A DNA stretch of 64,000 bases from a virus. Of this stretch, positions 1-9,372 are shown in pieces (position 1 is the stretch's first letter; each line of letters opens with the position of its first letter). Below the pieces are notes generated by a model that was not told the DNA's origin, made no database searches, and saw only the letters and a program-made list of their open reading frames with translations. The position numbers and the translations under genes were made by a program. The stretch is taken from positions 1 to 64,000 of the IMG/VR virus record IMGVR_UViG_3300045988_147330, one strand, 5' to 3'.

Positions 1-90
1 TAAAGCCCCTCTGTCGGGCTAAAGCCCCTCTGTCGGGCTAAAGCCCCTCTGTCGGGCTAAAGCCCCTCTGTCGGGCTAAAGCCCCTCTGT
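1..90. repeat. 19-bp tandem repeat array, about 4.7 copies of TAAAGCCCCTCTGTCGGGC; each unit is a mini-hairpin (AGCCC/GGGCT)
   Basis: Units read at 1-19, 20-38, 39-57, 58-76 and a partial at 77-90. The period is not a multiple of 3, and TAG in every unit on the minus strand closes all frames, so it is non-coding. The array may continue left of the window. Confidence 0.9.
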
Positions 91-124
91 GCTCCCTCGC
101 TTCGCTTCGGTCGCACACCAAATT
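88..124 (-). repeat. 37-nt dispersed conserved element, copy 1 (identical to 16589..16625)
   Basis: TGTGCTCCCTCGCTTCGCTTCGGTCGCACACCAAATT read at both sites. Each copy lies just 3' of a minus-strand stop codon. The minus strand contains GCGAAGC. Confidence 0.7.
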
Positions 125-140
125 TCCAGTAATAAACAAA

Positions 141-545
141 CTAATCTTCATAATTATTTTTTTTTAAATATTTTGTAACACTATTCATTACGCATTCTAC
201 ACACCATCCTAAAAGATATGCAAAATGCTCGTCTTGTCCATTTTTATAACCCATATAAATATCGCAATAGTCAAACACATTACAAACATAATGAGTTGAT
301 TCGTGAGCTACAGTATTTATTTTTATGCCATCATTTGATAGCCAAATAAGTACACCTAAATTATTTGTATTTTTCTCTCTTACATTGATAGTCAAGCCAT
401 AACATCGTTCAATTTCATCTTTAGATATATCTATCGGGTCATGATTGTGATTGGTAAATTTTCTATTGATTTTTTCCCATTGGTCATTCCCCACTGCAAC
501 ATACAGTTTAAGGGGATATATTTTAGGATCGTATTTTGTTATCAT
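141..545 (-). CDS. hypothetical protein with HExxH (HESTH) metallopeptidase-like motif
   Basis: ORF track, 134 aa. VAHESTHYV motif. 4-nt overlap with the upstream ORF. Confidence 0.5.
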   Translation of the reverse strand: MITKYDPKIYPLKLYVAVGNDQWEKINRKFTNHNHDPIDISKDEIERCYGLTINVREKNTNNLGVLIWLSNDGIKINTVAHESTHYVCNVFDYCDIYMGYKNGQDEHFAYLLGWCVECVMNSVTKYLKKNNYED

Positions 546-787
546 CGCAAAACGTCTTTTAATAATATGTCAGGATGCTCTTCTTTAGGCTTAATCTCTT
601 TGAATCTACATATAAAGCCACTTGCATCCTCGTTGGCTTCCTTATATAAATCATCTGTAAGAGAAGCCTTATATAACTTCATTTTCTCTTCAAAATGATA
701 ATCAAGTTTAGGCTGGTCCATTATTACTGCCTGTATATAACTCCATGAATATTTCCATAGCAAAGCCCAGTCCTTGATTATCATCAA
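542..787 (-). CDS. hypothetical protein
   Basis: ORF track. Tightly packed in the minus-strand operon. Confidence 0.45.
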   Translation of the reverse strand: MMIIKDWALLWKYSWSYIQAVIMDQPKLDYHFEEKMKLYKASLTDDLYKEANEDASGFICRFKEIKPKEEHPDILLKDVLR

Positions 788-801
788 TCCTCCGAATAGC
801 C

Positions 802-1341
802 TTAAATCTCCTCTGAATTGGGGGAAATCTTTTTGGATAGATCCTCGTGAGCCGATTTTGCATCGAGAGATAATTTCATGGCATCCTTCCTGCTTAATGT
901 CGCTGTCGTATCTATCAAGAACGCTAAACGGATTGTATTTGTAAAAAAATCTCCTACATTAGCCCCCTCCACGATGGCTTCTATCAACGGAGTGAGTTCC
1001 TTATGGTCATAATGCCTGCTTAACCACCAAGCATATATACGTCTTGCAAAAGGAATGATTTCAAAAAACCAATAGTTGTTCAATACTCCTGCCGCAGCAA
1101 CTTTGTATGGAATAGACGCATCATTTTTCATTATTGCAATCATTTCTTTCTTTGCTGTATCTGGATTGATAATATCACGAATCAGCAGTTTATCCACAAT
1201 ATAATCGTATGCTCCCAAACGAAGACCGCGTATTTTAAATTTCTTGTTACCAACCATAACTTCTTTATATTTATGAGTGGCAAACTTCTGCATTTTTATC
1301 TGATCGTCTAAATCAGGCTGTTTCCAATTAAATAGTCCCAT
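802..1341 (-). CDS. hypothetical structural-module protein
   Basis: ORF track, 179 aa. Co-oriented with the virion genes. Confidence 0.5.
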   Translation of the reverse strand: MGLFNWKQPDLDDQIKMQKFATHKYKEVMVGNKKFKIRGLRLGAYDYIVDKLLIRDIINPDTAKKEMIAIMKNDASIPYKVAAAGVLNNYWFFEIIPFARRIYAWWLSRHYDHKELTPLIEAIVEGANVGDFFTNTIRLAFLIDTTATLSRKDAMKLSLDAKSAHEDLSKKISPNSEEI

Positions 1342-1347
1342 GTGTTA

Positions 1348-1860
1348 TTAATCTAGCTTAAATGGTTTTACCGTTAATTTACCTTTTACATCCACTTTTG
1401 ATATGTTTTCAGGTGTATTTGTAGAAACGAACACTTTCGTATATTCTGATGATATTATTTCAATACTAGCGTTATCAAGCAATGTAATATATACTATGCT
1501 ATTATCAAGTGCAACAATATTTACATGACTGTTATCCTTGACATACATTTCTCCTATACCATAGTCATTATAGGTGACAACACAATCACAAGCTCCATTA
1601 AATATAGACCATTTAGGATTGCTTATAAAAATATTAGTATCATCAACGTATATATTATATCTTTCTCGTACTCCAGCAAATTCCTTCTTGATTATTTCAT
1701 TTGACGGATATCTGTTTAATAGACAAAAATCAATACCCTTGACATACTTCTCGCACAATTGATTTTTATCTGGATTCCCCCAGTTATTTGTCCAGTCCTT
1801 ACATAGTCCAAGGCTTATAGCCTGTGACTTTAACTTGTCTGATAATTCTCTATCTGTCAT
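1348..1860 (-). CDS. hypothetical structural-module protein
   Basis: ORF track 1348..1896. Internal Met (MTDRELSDK) at 1860 preferred as the start. Confidence 0.5.
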   Translation of the reverse strand: MTDRELSDKLKSQAISLGLCKDWTNNWGNPDKNQLCEKYVKGIDFCLLNRYPSNEIIKKEFAGVRERYNIYVDDTNIFISNPKWSIFNGACDCVVTYNDYGIGEMYVKDNSHVNIVALDNSIVYITLLDNASIEIISSEYTKVFVSTNTPENISKVDVKGKLTVKPFKLD

Positions 1861-1916
1861 GCATATTTTTTCTAGCAAAAATACGACAAAGGTCAATTAA
1901 AATCAAACGACATTAG

Positions 1917-1952
1917 TTAAAAAAAACAAAAGCCGGACAAAAATGCCCGGCT
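1917..1952 (-). terminator. Rho-independent terminator after 1971..2666
   Basis: AGCCGG/CCGGCT stem followed by a T-run on the minus strand (A-run at 1917-1930 on plus). Confidence 0.55.
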
Positions 1953-1970
1953 AATAATATATAACACAAC

Positions 1971-2666
1971 TTATCCGCCAACTGAATTATCCAATTCCAG
2001 AACCATCATGGTTCTCAAATATTGTGTATTAACTTCCAACGCTGTAACTGTCACAGAAAATCCAAGATAACCTGCATTACTAGGTGCACCTGTAAAGCTA
2101 ACGGCCCATGATGCTTTCGGGAAGAATATCATACGATCACCAGTACCATTGATAATACCGATAGGACGTACAAACTGTTTAAACGCACTTGCCCCAAATG
2201 CTTTCAATTTTTGACTAACACCTTTTCCGAAAGCGTCTTGTGTGTCAGTAAGAGAATCCAAACTCAATTCAGGAGTTGTATTACCAGTAGTAAAGAATGC
2301 AAATGCAGCCTTAGAGGTAGACATACCTGTAAACGTGAATGCCATAGTACCAGGTGTGATGTTCTGGAACACAGTAGCACCCTGTTCATTCTTGGTTTCA
2401 GAAGTGTCAGCGTCCGTTCCTGCGGATTCTGTAGTACCAGACTCAATATTAGGCAGGATTTTTGGATTCAAAAATGATGAATATTGAGTCGAATCGGTAA
2501 TTTCAATAGGATCAAAAGTCAAAGCAGCCGATTGCCCGTTCAAGTAAGCAGGGCTGGTGTCTAAATTTACTCGTGCCATTCTATTTTCTAAATTTAAAAG
2601 GTTATTACTATATGTAGAAAACGTATCTATTGATGTGTTTTCACTCTTTTTTCTTACGGTTCCCAT
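1971..2666 (-). CDS. hypothetical virion protein (possible tail tube/major tail protein, by position only)
   Basis: ORF track 1971..2690. Met at 2666 avoids overlap with the upstream ORF. Ser/Thr/Gly-rich. Last gene before a terminator. Confidence 0.4.
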   Translation of the reverse strand: MGTVRKKSENTSIDTFSTYSNNLLNLENRMARVNLDTSPAYLNGQSAALTFDPIEITDSTQYSSFLNPKILPNIESGTTESAGTDADTSETKNEQGATVFQNITPGTMAFTFTGMSTSKAAFAFFTTGNTTPELSLDSLTDTQDAFGKGVSQKLKAFGASAFKQFVRPIGIINGTGDRMIFFPKASWAVSFTGAPSNAGYLGFSVTVTALEVNTQYLRTMMVLELDNSVGG

Positions 2667-2670
2667 GCGG

Positions 2671-3084
2671 CTAATCTTTATAAATATCAACGTTTAACAG
2701 AACGGATGTATAATAAAATCCGACACCATCAAACATTGGTGGTAAAACATTAAATATTTTAAAATGAAGCTGCACAGCCTTTTGAGGAAATAAGTCCACA
2801 ATCTTCTCACTTAACGCATCCATAATTGACGGATAAATATTACCCGGTAATGCTCTAACAAACAAAGTAACCGTAGCCATTGTTTCTCCCTTCCCAAAAT
2901 GTCCATAAGGACCATTTTCAGTGTTGCTTACAATCCTAGTATTATTGTTTACGACAATAAAACTCGTTACCTTATCATCAACATTTGCAGGACGCTGTAC
3001 TTTATATACATCATCAGCAATATTCTCGTCCAATACAATATTGTACAAGGTTGTATTTATCGTTGAAGGATTAAAGTACCCCAT
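2671..3084 (-). CDS. hypothetical head-tail joining/neck protein
   Basis: ORF track, 137 aa. Lies between the capsid gene and the putative tail gene. Confidence 0.4.
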   Translation of the reverse strand: MGYFNPSTINTTLYNIVLDENIADDVYKVQRPANVDDKVTSFIVVNNNTRIVSNTENGPYGHFGKGETMATVTLFVRALPGNIYPSIMDALSEKIVDLFPQKAVQLHFKIFNVLPPMFDGVGFYYTSVLLNVDIYKD

Positions 3085-3089
3085 TTACC

Positions 3090-3593
3090 TCACTTAAAAT
3101 ATTTGTTCAACATATTAGCTGCAATTTTTTTAAAAACTACAGTATATTTACCTCCGTTTAAATCTGTTTTTGTTTTAAGCCAAGAATCTGTAAGAACATT
3201 CAATAAATGGTAATTCTCCAAATACTTCCCATAAAACATGACAGCAGCTACAACTAGTTCGTATCTTCCGGACCTATCAGACTTGTAACTATTGAAGAAA
3301 TCTTTAGCTACTTCACGTCCCCAATACTCAACTCCGTTACGCTTCCTTGGTTCATCCGCAACCTTAACCGCATTTGCCCACACAATCTTCTTTAGGACTC
3401 CATCTTTATAAATGCCGCAGCCATAACTATCTTCAAGATTGAAAGTTTGATTGGTAAAGCCTTCCATGTCTTTTATATCATCCATAACATTTGTAGCGAT
3501 ATCTTCCATGAACTGCATGATAGATTCATCCAAGGCAAGCTGGACATTACTACCAAACTTTTTCAAAACTTCATCATTCTGTTTTGCTGACAT
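3090..3593 (-). CDS. hypothetical head-tail joining protein
   Basis: ORF track, 167 aa. Call based on position only. Confidence 0.4.
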   Translation of the reverse strand: MSAKQNDEVLKKFGSNVQLALDESIMQFMEDIATNVMDDIKDMEGFTNQTFNLEDSYGCGIYKDGVLKKIVWANAVKVADEPRKRNGVEYWGREVAKDFFNSYKSDRSGRYELVVAAVMFYGKYLENYHLLNVLTDSWLKTKTDLNGGKYTVVFKKIAANMLNKYFK

Positions 3594-3954
3594 TCTTTGT
3601 TCTAGTTTTTCTTGTTGTCGGTTTATTCAGTTTATCAATCTGCTTTTTTAGCTTATCCCTATCCTCCTTGGCGTTTTTCAACTCATTCTTTATACCATTC
3701 ATCTCATTGTAAAGCTCTTGAATCTTCTGATAAGCATTACGAAGAGATTCTTGATAACTTAATATTTCCTCTTGAGCCTTTTTTAATTGAGCACCTTGAA
3801 GAGCAAATCCTTTTTCTAGATTATCCAAGGTAGAAGAGTCAATTTCAGTTTCTACTTTTTTCTTCTTTTGCTTGAACAAAAGAACAGAGGTTATAAGGGT
3901 TATACCATTTGTTCCCAACAAAGCAAGTATTATTTCTGTCCAGTTGATTGTCAT
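3574..3954 (-). CDS. membrane-anchored coiled-coil protein
   Basis: N-terminal hydrophobic helix (IILALLGTNGITLITSVLLF) followed by charged heptad-like sequence. Confidence 0.45.
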   Translation of the reverse strand: MTINWTEIILALLGTNGITLITSVLLFKQKKKKVETEIDSSTLDNLEKGFALQGAQLKKAQEEILSYQESLRNAYQKIQELYNEMNGIKNELKNAKEDRDKLKKQIDKLNKPTTRKTRTKNVSKTE

Positions 3955-3960
3955 AGTCTT

Positions 3961-4314
3961 TTAGTTTTCTATTTGGTTAAAGTATACTACCGTCCCAAAT
4001 TCCATATTATTAAATGGAGGCTTCTTTATCTCACGCCAATTGTTACTATTGTCAGAAAAAGGATGGTTGAAATTCTGCCAGTCTAACAAGCATCCAGATG
4101 GTATCGTAACGTCATTATCTTCTAGGTAAGCGGCATATTCGGATTTATCCACATCATTCGTTTCTGAACCAGTATCCTTTTCCTGTATGTTTGCTTTTCC
4201 TTCATATATCATTTCCCAATCTGGGATAGATTGATATTTATCAGAATTATTTTTATTCTGATAAATCCTCACCATATCAGGAAACATATCTTCACCTAAA
4301 ACACTCTTTCCCAT
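3961..4314 (-). CDS. hypothetical virion-module protein
   Basis: ORF track, 117 aa. Co-oriented. Confidence 0.4.
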   Translation of the reverse strand: MGKSVLGEDMFPDMVRIYQNKNNSDKYQSIPDWEMIYEGKANIQEKDTGSETNDVDKSEYAAYLEDNDVTIPSGCLLDWQNFNHPFSDNSNNWREIKKPPFNNMEFGTVVYFNQIEN

Positions 4315-4315
4315 A

Positions 4316-4912
4316 TCACCATCTCAATCTAGTTATTTCAACATCTGTTCCAACATCCAAATTCAAACCCCATTTGGCATATAATTCCTTTGCGCGTTGT
4401 TCCAATCTTTTTTTATCATTGATAGAAATAGTCTTGCTAGTGTCAGTAATCGACCAATTACCAGCTTTCTTCGTTTTACCTTGTATGGTAGAAGGAGCCG
4501 TACAAACAATGAGAAGCAAGTCAGCATAAGCAAGGTCCTTCTGCATCTCAGAAGTTTCCCGGCTATCATCAGACAAACGAAACCCCCATTTCTGTGCTAC
4601 ACTGATATATGATGTATTTTTTAACTCATAATCAATCTGCGCCTTCAAATACTCTCGCATGGACATATAAAAATACGCTTCCACTTTCATATTACCTTTG
4701 GCAGTAATCTGAGGAGTTATTGCGATAGTATATGGGTTGTTTGATACTTTAAGCCTGTCTTCGGGCTTCAATGTTTCATTATCAGCTATAAGCCAGTATC
4801 CAAATTCAACACTTTCTTCTGGAACAGCTTGGAGCGTGAGAGTATCCCCAATGAAATACTCTCCTGCGCCTTTTGCCGTGCCTTCTCCATTTATATCAAT
4901 AATGACTTTCAT
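4316..4912 (-). CDS. hypothetical protein with N-terminal InlB B-repeat-like beta-sandwich
   Basis: GEGTAKGAGEYFIGDTLTLQAVPEESVEFGYW resembles the bacterial repeat (GxGxVxGxGxYxxGxxVTLTAxPxxGYxFxxW). Immediately downstream of the capsid gene. Confidence 0.45.
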   Translation of the reverse strand: MKVIIDINGEGTAKGAGEYFIGDTLTLQAVPEESVEFGYWLIADNETLKPEDRLKVSNNPYTIAITPQITAKGNMKVEAYFYMSMREYLKAQIDYELKNTSYISVAQKWGFRLSDDSRETSEMQKDLAYADLLLIVCTAPSTIQGKTKKAGNWSITDTSKTISINDKKRLEQRAKELYAKWGLNLDVGTDVEITRLRW

Positions 4913-4923
4913 GGTTCAACTTT

Positions 4924-6051
4924 TTACAATCCTGTATTTGACTGTTCGTCAACCTTCATAATAATAAGGTTGTTAGGATTCTTCATCACAGGACATGCCC
5001 ACAACTCGCCTGAACTCTTCTCGGCATACGGCTCGGAAGAATATTGATGCAAGAATGCGATACGATTTCCTTCCAAAGAAGAAATCTGTACAGCCGGATT
5101 AGTGTCCTGCAAATACATTGACGGTGAATTTTTAATGCGGAAGAATTGTCCACTCTGAACAAGAACGACAGTATTCTTTTCAAAAGACGGTGCAGCCTCC
5201 TCAACAACACCAAGTTTATTCCACATTGATTTTTCTTCAATAGGAATAATAACAGGGATAGAGAACACCTTCATCAATACATCCACAATTTCCTGATTGT
5301 TCATCGGATAGATTGTAGAAGAAGCTGCGGCAGGAACAAGACGAGCTTGAACAGCAGCAGTCACTTTCGGGTGCATCAGGAAGTTATCATACAAATCTTT
5401 GGACATTTCAAAGTGATCGTAAGGCACACTGTCATTATCGGCAATCTTACACATTCTTTGAAGGTCCTTAATCGGATCTGAGTTCTCATTCGGTGTCCAG
5501 TTGGTATCGTTAAACCATTTCTGTTTCAACGCTTTCAACTTATGTTTTTTAGGAACACGATAGTCGATCTGAACAGGAATCGAGTTAGTACCACTAGCAG
5601 TATAGTTAAGCATACCTGTAGAAAGAGCCTGATAAGTCATGCAGTTCAATTCGGTATGGAAACCTTGAATACATGCCTCCATCTTTGTATACCACTTCTC
5701 ACGGATTTTATCAAGTAATGCACCCTGCGGAATGTCGAGTTCATAGAACTCCTGAATATCAGTTTCCATAAACTGAATGGCGTGACCCATTTTCGGAATA
5801 CGTCCCGAATGCCACTCAAATCCCGTAGTGTCCATAATAGGCTTTTCAGCCAAAGGAGCAAGCATTACAGGGCGGGTAGCCTGTGTATATTCATCAACTA
5901 TTACATTCCAAGACTTACTCATTTGAGGAACGTCCCAATCTCCGTAACTTCTCCAGTTTTCGTTATCAAATTTCTGATTGGCATAGTCCATAAGTTCTTG
6001 CATCTCTCCTGAGAAATGCCAATCATAGAAACTAAATGTAGATCTTTGCAT
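4924..6051 (-). CDS. major capsid protein (lambda gpE-like, by gene order and size)
   Basis: 375 aa. Follows the scaffold-like and decoration-like genes in lambda-type order (Nu3-D-E). Confidence 0.6.
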   Translation of the reverse strand: MQRSTFSFYDWHFSGEMQELMDYANQKFDNENWRSYGDWDVPQMSKSWNVIVDEYTQATRPVMLAPLAEKPIMDTTGFEWHSGRIPKMGHAIQFMETDIQEFYELDIPQGALLDKIREKWYTKMEACIQGFHTELNCMTYQALSTGMLNYTASGTNSIPVQIDYRVPKKHKLKALKQKWFNDTNWTPNENSDPIKDLQRMCKIADNDSVPYDHFEMSKDLYDNFLMHPKVTAAVQARLVPAAASSTIYPMNNQEIVDVLMKVFSIPVIIPIEEKSMWNKLGVVEEAAPSFEKNTVVLVQSGQFFRIKNSPSMYLQDTNPAVQISSLEGNRIAFLHQYSSEPYAEKSSGELWACPVMKNPNNLIIMKVDEQSNTGL

Positions 6052-6067
6052 ATGGCAAAAAATTTAA

Positions 6068-6727
6068 TTAATTATACAATGTATAGCGGAAGACGCAAGG
6101 ATAAGATTCATCGTCTTTCATAGCCTTCTTAATAGCCGAAGCTACAGGAGGAATACGTCTTTCCAAAATCTCACTTGTCACCATCCAAGCACCATTGAAA
6201 GGATATAAAGTAGCACCAGGAAGCGTGTCAACATCATAAGGAAGAATAGCATTCGGGATTACCTTGATTTTAGCACTAGCACCAGTAGCCGTTACTTCAA
6301 CCAGAATATCAGTAAGTTCCAATTTGCCTGCATCTCCTGACAATGTGAGAACATCATATTCATCATTAGACGAATCAATACTGTTAATGGTGAAACCAGT
6401 TGTTGTACCAGTAGCGGTAGTAGGAGCCTTACCTACAATCATACCTACTTTGGCAACTGTATTACCCATAATTTTTTCAACTTTTACGGTAGCACCTGAA
6501 TCCGACTTCTCATACATTCTAAATGAATAATGGATATCTCCACCATCCTGCTTTGAGGAATCGCATTTAATCATAGTACCAGCCGGAAGTTTGTTTCCAA
6601 CAGTAGGCATACGTTCAGGAAGAACGTTACAGCCTACTAACAGAACATGCAAAGACGTATCATTAGAAAAGATATGTCTTGCTCCACCAATTTTACTATA
6701 ACTTGTTGCAAGAACTCCTGCTTTCAT
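6068..6727 (-). CDS. putative head decoration/accessory capsid protein
   Basis: 219 aa, Gly/Thr/Val-rich. Sits between the scaffold-like gene and the capsid gene. Confidence 0.4.
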   Translation of the reverse strand: MKAGVLATSYSKIGGARHIFSNDTSLHVLLVGCNVLPERMPTVGNKLPAGTMIKCDSSKQDGGDIHYSFRMYEKSDSGATVKVEKIMGNTVAKVGMIVGKAPTTATGTTTGFTINSIDSSNDEYDVLTLSGDAGKLELTDILVEVTATGASAKIKVIPNAILPYDVDTLPGATLYPFNGAWMVTSEILERRIPPVASAIKKAMKDDESYPCVFRYTLYN

Positions 6728-6738
6728 AATTTAAAAAG

Positions 6739-7512
6739 TTATTTGTTAATTTTACTGTAATATCGGCTGACAATATTATTTTTCTTGCTAGCCATGTCTT
6801 CTTCTCTCTTTCTATTTATGAATGATTTTACATCGCTAGAACCACCCTGTTCAGGAACAAAAGGATTAATACCATCCTTTGCATATTTAGTACAAGTTTC
6901 ATTGTACTTCCCTTGTATTTTCAGAAGAATACTTGTATCCTCTTCTTCGGGTGAAATTTGAATGTTCTCAAAAATGATGTTACGCAACAACTCATTAGGC
7001 ATTCCTGCTTCTGGACGTTTAATCAACTCAGATAGCTTATTGCGCTTTTCCGTTATAAGTTGCTTCTGTTTTTCCTCTTTTTCTTTGGCTTCAAAATCCT
7101 TCTTGAATTTTTCAAATTCTTCAAGTTTAGCCTTAACATCATCCGGCAGTTCAATTGGTTTTGGATCAGGTGTTGGGTGTGGTGCTGGAGTCGGGCTAGG
7201 GGGCGGTGTTGGAGTCGGTGCTGGAGTCGGGTGTGATTTTTCCCATTCCTTCTTCAAATTTGCAATTTCTTGCTCTTTGATTGCATCCCACTCTTTACGC
7301 TTGTCAGAAGCGAATGCTCTTACCTGACCTGCCACTGTGTTCTTTAAATGAGCAACAACACTTTCGTTCCAAAACGTTTCCGCATTTTCCTGCGGTGCGA
7401 ACGGTGAGAACTCATTGATTGTCTGTTCAATTGTACGATCTGTAATAACGGAGCTACTTTCTCCTAATGCATTCTTGATACCTTCAAAAATGACTTTTAC
7501 ATTTTCATCCAT
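6739..7512 (-). CDS. putative scaffolding protein
   Basis: Highly charged coiled-coil sequence with a Pro/Thr linker (PTPAPTPTPPPSPTPAPHPTPDPKP). First gene of the capsid operon. Confidence 0.5.
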   Translation of the reverse strand: MDENVKVIFEGIKNALGESSSVITDRTIEQTINEFSPFAPQENAETFWNESVVAHLKNTVAGQVRAFASDKRKEWDAIKEQEIANLKKEWEKSHPTPAPTPTPPPSPTPAPHPTPDPKPIELPDDVKAKLEEFEKFKKDFEAKEKEEKQKQLITEKRNKLSELIKRPEAGMPNELLRNIIFENIQISPEEEDTSILLKIQGKYNETCTKYAKDGINPFVPEQGGSSDVKSFINRKREEDMASKKNNIVSRYYSKINK

Positions 7513-7629
7513 ATACTCTATTATTTTTATTTAGTTCATGCACAAGACCTTTGCACATAGTAAGTACCTCTTACCGATGCAAATGTAGTTAAATTTTGTG
7601 TATATGCAAAAAAATATTATAAAAAATAT

Positions 7630-7637
7630 TATATTTG
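7630..7637 (+). promoter_or_regulatory. Bacteroidota -7 box TAtaTTTG upstream of terL
   Basis: TATATTTG 17 nt before the ATG at 7655. A TAcaTTTG box on the opposite strand (about 7577-7584) faces the scaffold gene. Confidence 0.5.
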
Positions 7638-7654
7638 CGAATTAATATAAGAGA

Positions 7655-9370
7655 ATGGAAGAAATAGACTTAAAATATCGTGGTTTAAAGACTAAAGATG
7701 TTGTCAAATCGTTAAAACGATATGGCAAAAGGGGAATTATTCCATATAGACATCTTGATTTTGTCCAAAGATACATAGAAGACAGAAGAAGTAAAGGATA
7801 CAAAGTTAACATGCTTGCACCACAAAAAGGTTCGCAAGAAGAATTTTTAAGAAACAGGGCAGGAATAAAAATACTGCATGGTAATCGTGGTGGAGGTAAA
7901 TCTGTTTGCCTTGGAATAGACATACTAAGTTCATGCAACCATCCTTCATTTTCCGCACTAGTATTTCGTAAAGATAAGACATCCGCAGAAAAAGCGGATG
8001 GTATCTTGAAAGTGGTTTCAAAAATGGTTGAACCTTATGGAGAATATATAGACTCTAAACGTCTTTCAAGATTGGATGCAGGTGGAGAAATACGATACGA
8101 TTATTTCGGAGATGCCTGCATATCAGGAGAAAAGGGTATAAATGATTTTAAAGATAGACAACAAGGAGGTAATGTTGTTAAAGTAGTTGTAGACGAATGC
8201 TCACAGGCTACAGAACCGATTGTAAACTATCTTCAAACAGTATTGCGTTCCTCCTCTGGACTTAGGACAAGTTTCTCAGGAGCTTGTAATCCAAACCCGT
8301 ATAGTGACTATTGGAGAGAATTGGTATCATGGTGGGTAGATGATGATGGGATAGCTATACCAGAACGTTCAGGTAAAGTAAGATATTTTTTTCAATATGG
8401 AGACACAATACATGAAACAGCATGGGGTGACAGCCCACAGGAAGTATTTGCTCAAGCAAAAGATTATATTATCGCAAGATTCGGTAAAAATACCAAAATT
8501 GATGAAACAAACTGCAAAAGATACATCAAAAATATAACTTTTATAGCTTCCGGACTTGAGGATAACAAGATCCTCATGAGTTCCAATCCTGATTATCAGA
8601 AAAATCTTGGAGGTACAGCCCAGGAAGTATCCATAAATGCATTGGGATCATGGAAACTGATAAAAGGAGGGAACGAATGGATAACGAGAGACGAGATGGA
8701 AGAGGTGTTTTCATCACAACCTGTATTCGATGATTATTTTGAATGTGCAACACTTGATATAGCATATGGGTTAGGAGATGTTTGCGTAATGGGACATTTT
8801 ATAGGACACCACTTACAGGATATAGAATGGTCCAATACGTTAAAGCCTAGGGATCTTAACAGATGGGTTAGAAGTAATCTATGGAAATGGGGTATTGGAG
8901 AAAATAGACTTGCATTTGATGGTCTTGGAGCACCTACATTTCGTGACGCATTTCCTGATAGCTTAGCCATACTTAGAGGCGTTCCAAAAAGAATGGATAG
9001 GAACAAAGATGATCAGCCTGTAAGATTTTACTTTGATCTAAGAGCGCAACTTGCTGATGAAATGGTAACACGCATAAAAGGGACCAACATAGGTCATTGC
9101 GGATTCAGTATAAACCCAGAACTCCTAGACAAACCATATGTAAACAAAACAATAAGGGAAGCACTAATGGATCAAAGAAGAGCTATAAGGCGTGATATAG
9201 AGAGGGAAAATGGAAAACTGAGACTACTAAAAAAAACAGAAGCCAAGAAAATTGTAGGATGCTCCCCAGACTTGATAGAAGGAACATTCTTATATAGAAC
9301 ATATTTTGATGTATGCAATGTAATGATTGATATACCTGACGATATAATGGATGAACTAAAATATTTATAA
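7655..9370 (+). CDS. terL: terminase large subunit
   Basis: 571 aa. Walker A-like GNRGGGKS and Walker B-like VVVDECSQ. Followed directly by a portal-sized ORF. Confidence 0.85.
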   Translation: MEEIDLKYRGLKTKDVVKSLKRYGKRGIIPYRHLDFVQRYIEDRRSKGYKVNMLAPQKGSQEEFLRNRAGIKILHGNRGGGKSVCLGIDILSSCNHPSFSALVFRKDKTSAEKADGILKVVSKMVEPYGEYIDSKRLSRLDAGGEIRYDYFGDACISGEKGINDFKDRQQGGNVVKVVVDECSQATEPIVNYLQTVLRSSSGLRTSFSGACNPNPYSDYWRELVSWWVDDDGIAIPERSGKVRYFFQYGDTIHETAWGDSPQEVFAQAKDYIIARFGKNTKIDETNCKRYIKNITFIASGLEDNKILMSSNPDYQKNLGGTAQEVSINALGSWKLIKGGNEWITRDEMEEVFSSQPVFDDYFECATLDIAYGLGDVCVMGHFIGHHLQDIEWSNTLKPRDLNRWVRSNLWKWGIGENRLAFDGLGAPTFRDAFPDSLAILRGVPKRMDRNKDDQPVRFYFDLRAQLADEMVTRIKGTNIGHCGFSINPELLDKPYVNKTIREALMDQRRAIRRDIERENGKLRLLKKTEAKKIVGCSPDLIEGTFLYRTYFDVCNVMIDIPDDIMDELKYL

Positions 9371-9372
9371 TT

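Noticed and set aside
1-90. Possible CRISPR array at the window start.
   Set aside because: The units are contiguous 19-mers with no spacers, and no cas genes are present. It is a plain tandem repeat.
2211-7327. Plus-strand ORFs inside the virion operon (for example 2211..2477, 2242..2487, 4397..4612, 5782..6012, 6264..6530, 6962..7327).
   Set aside because: All are antisense to longer, tightly packed minus-strand genes. 6962..7327 simply mirrors the Pro/Thr-rich linker of the scaffold gene.
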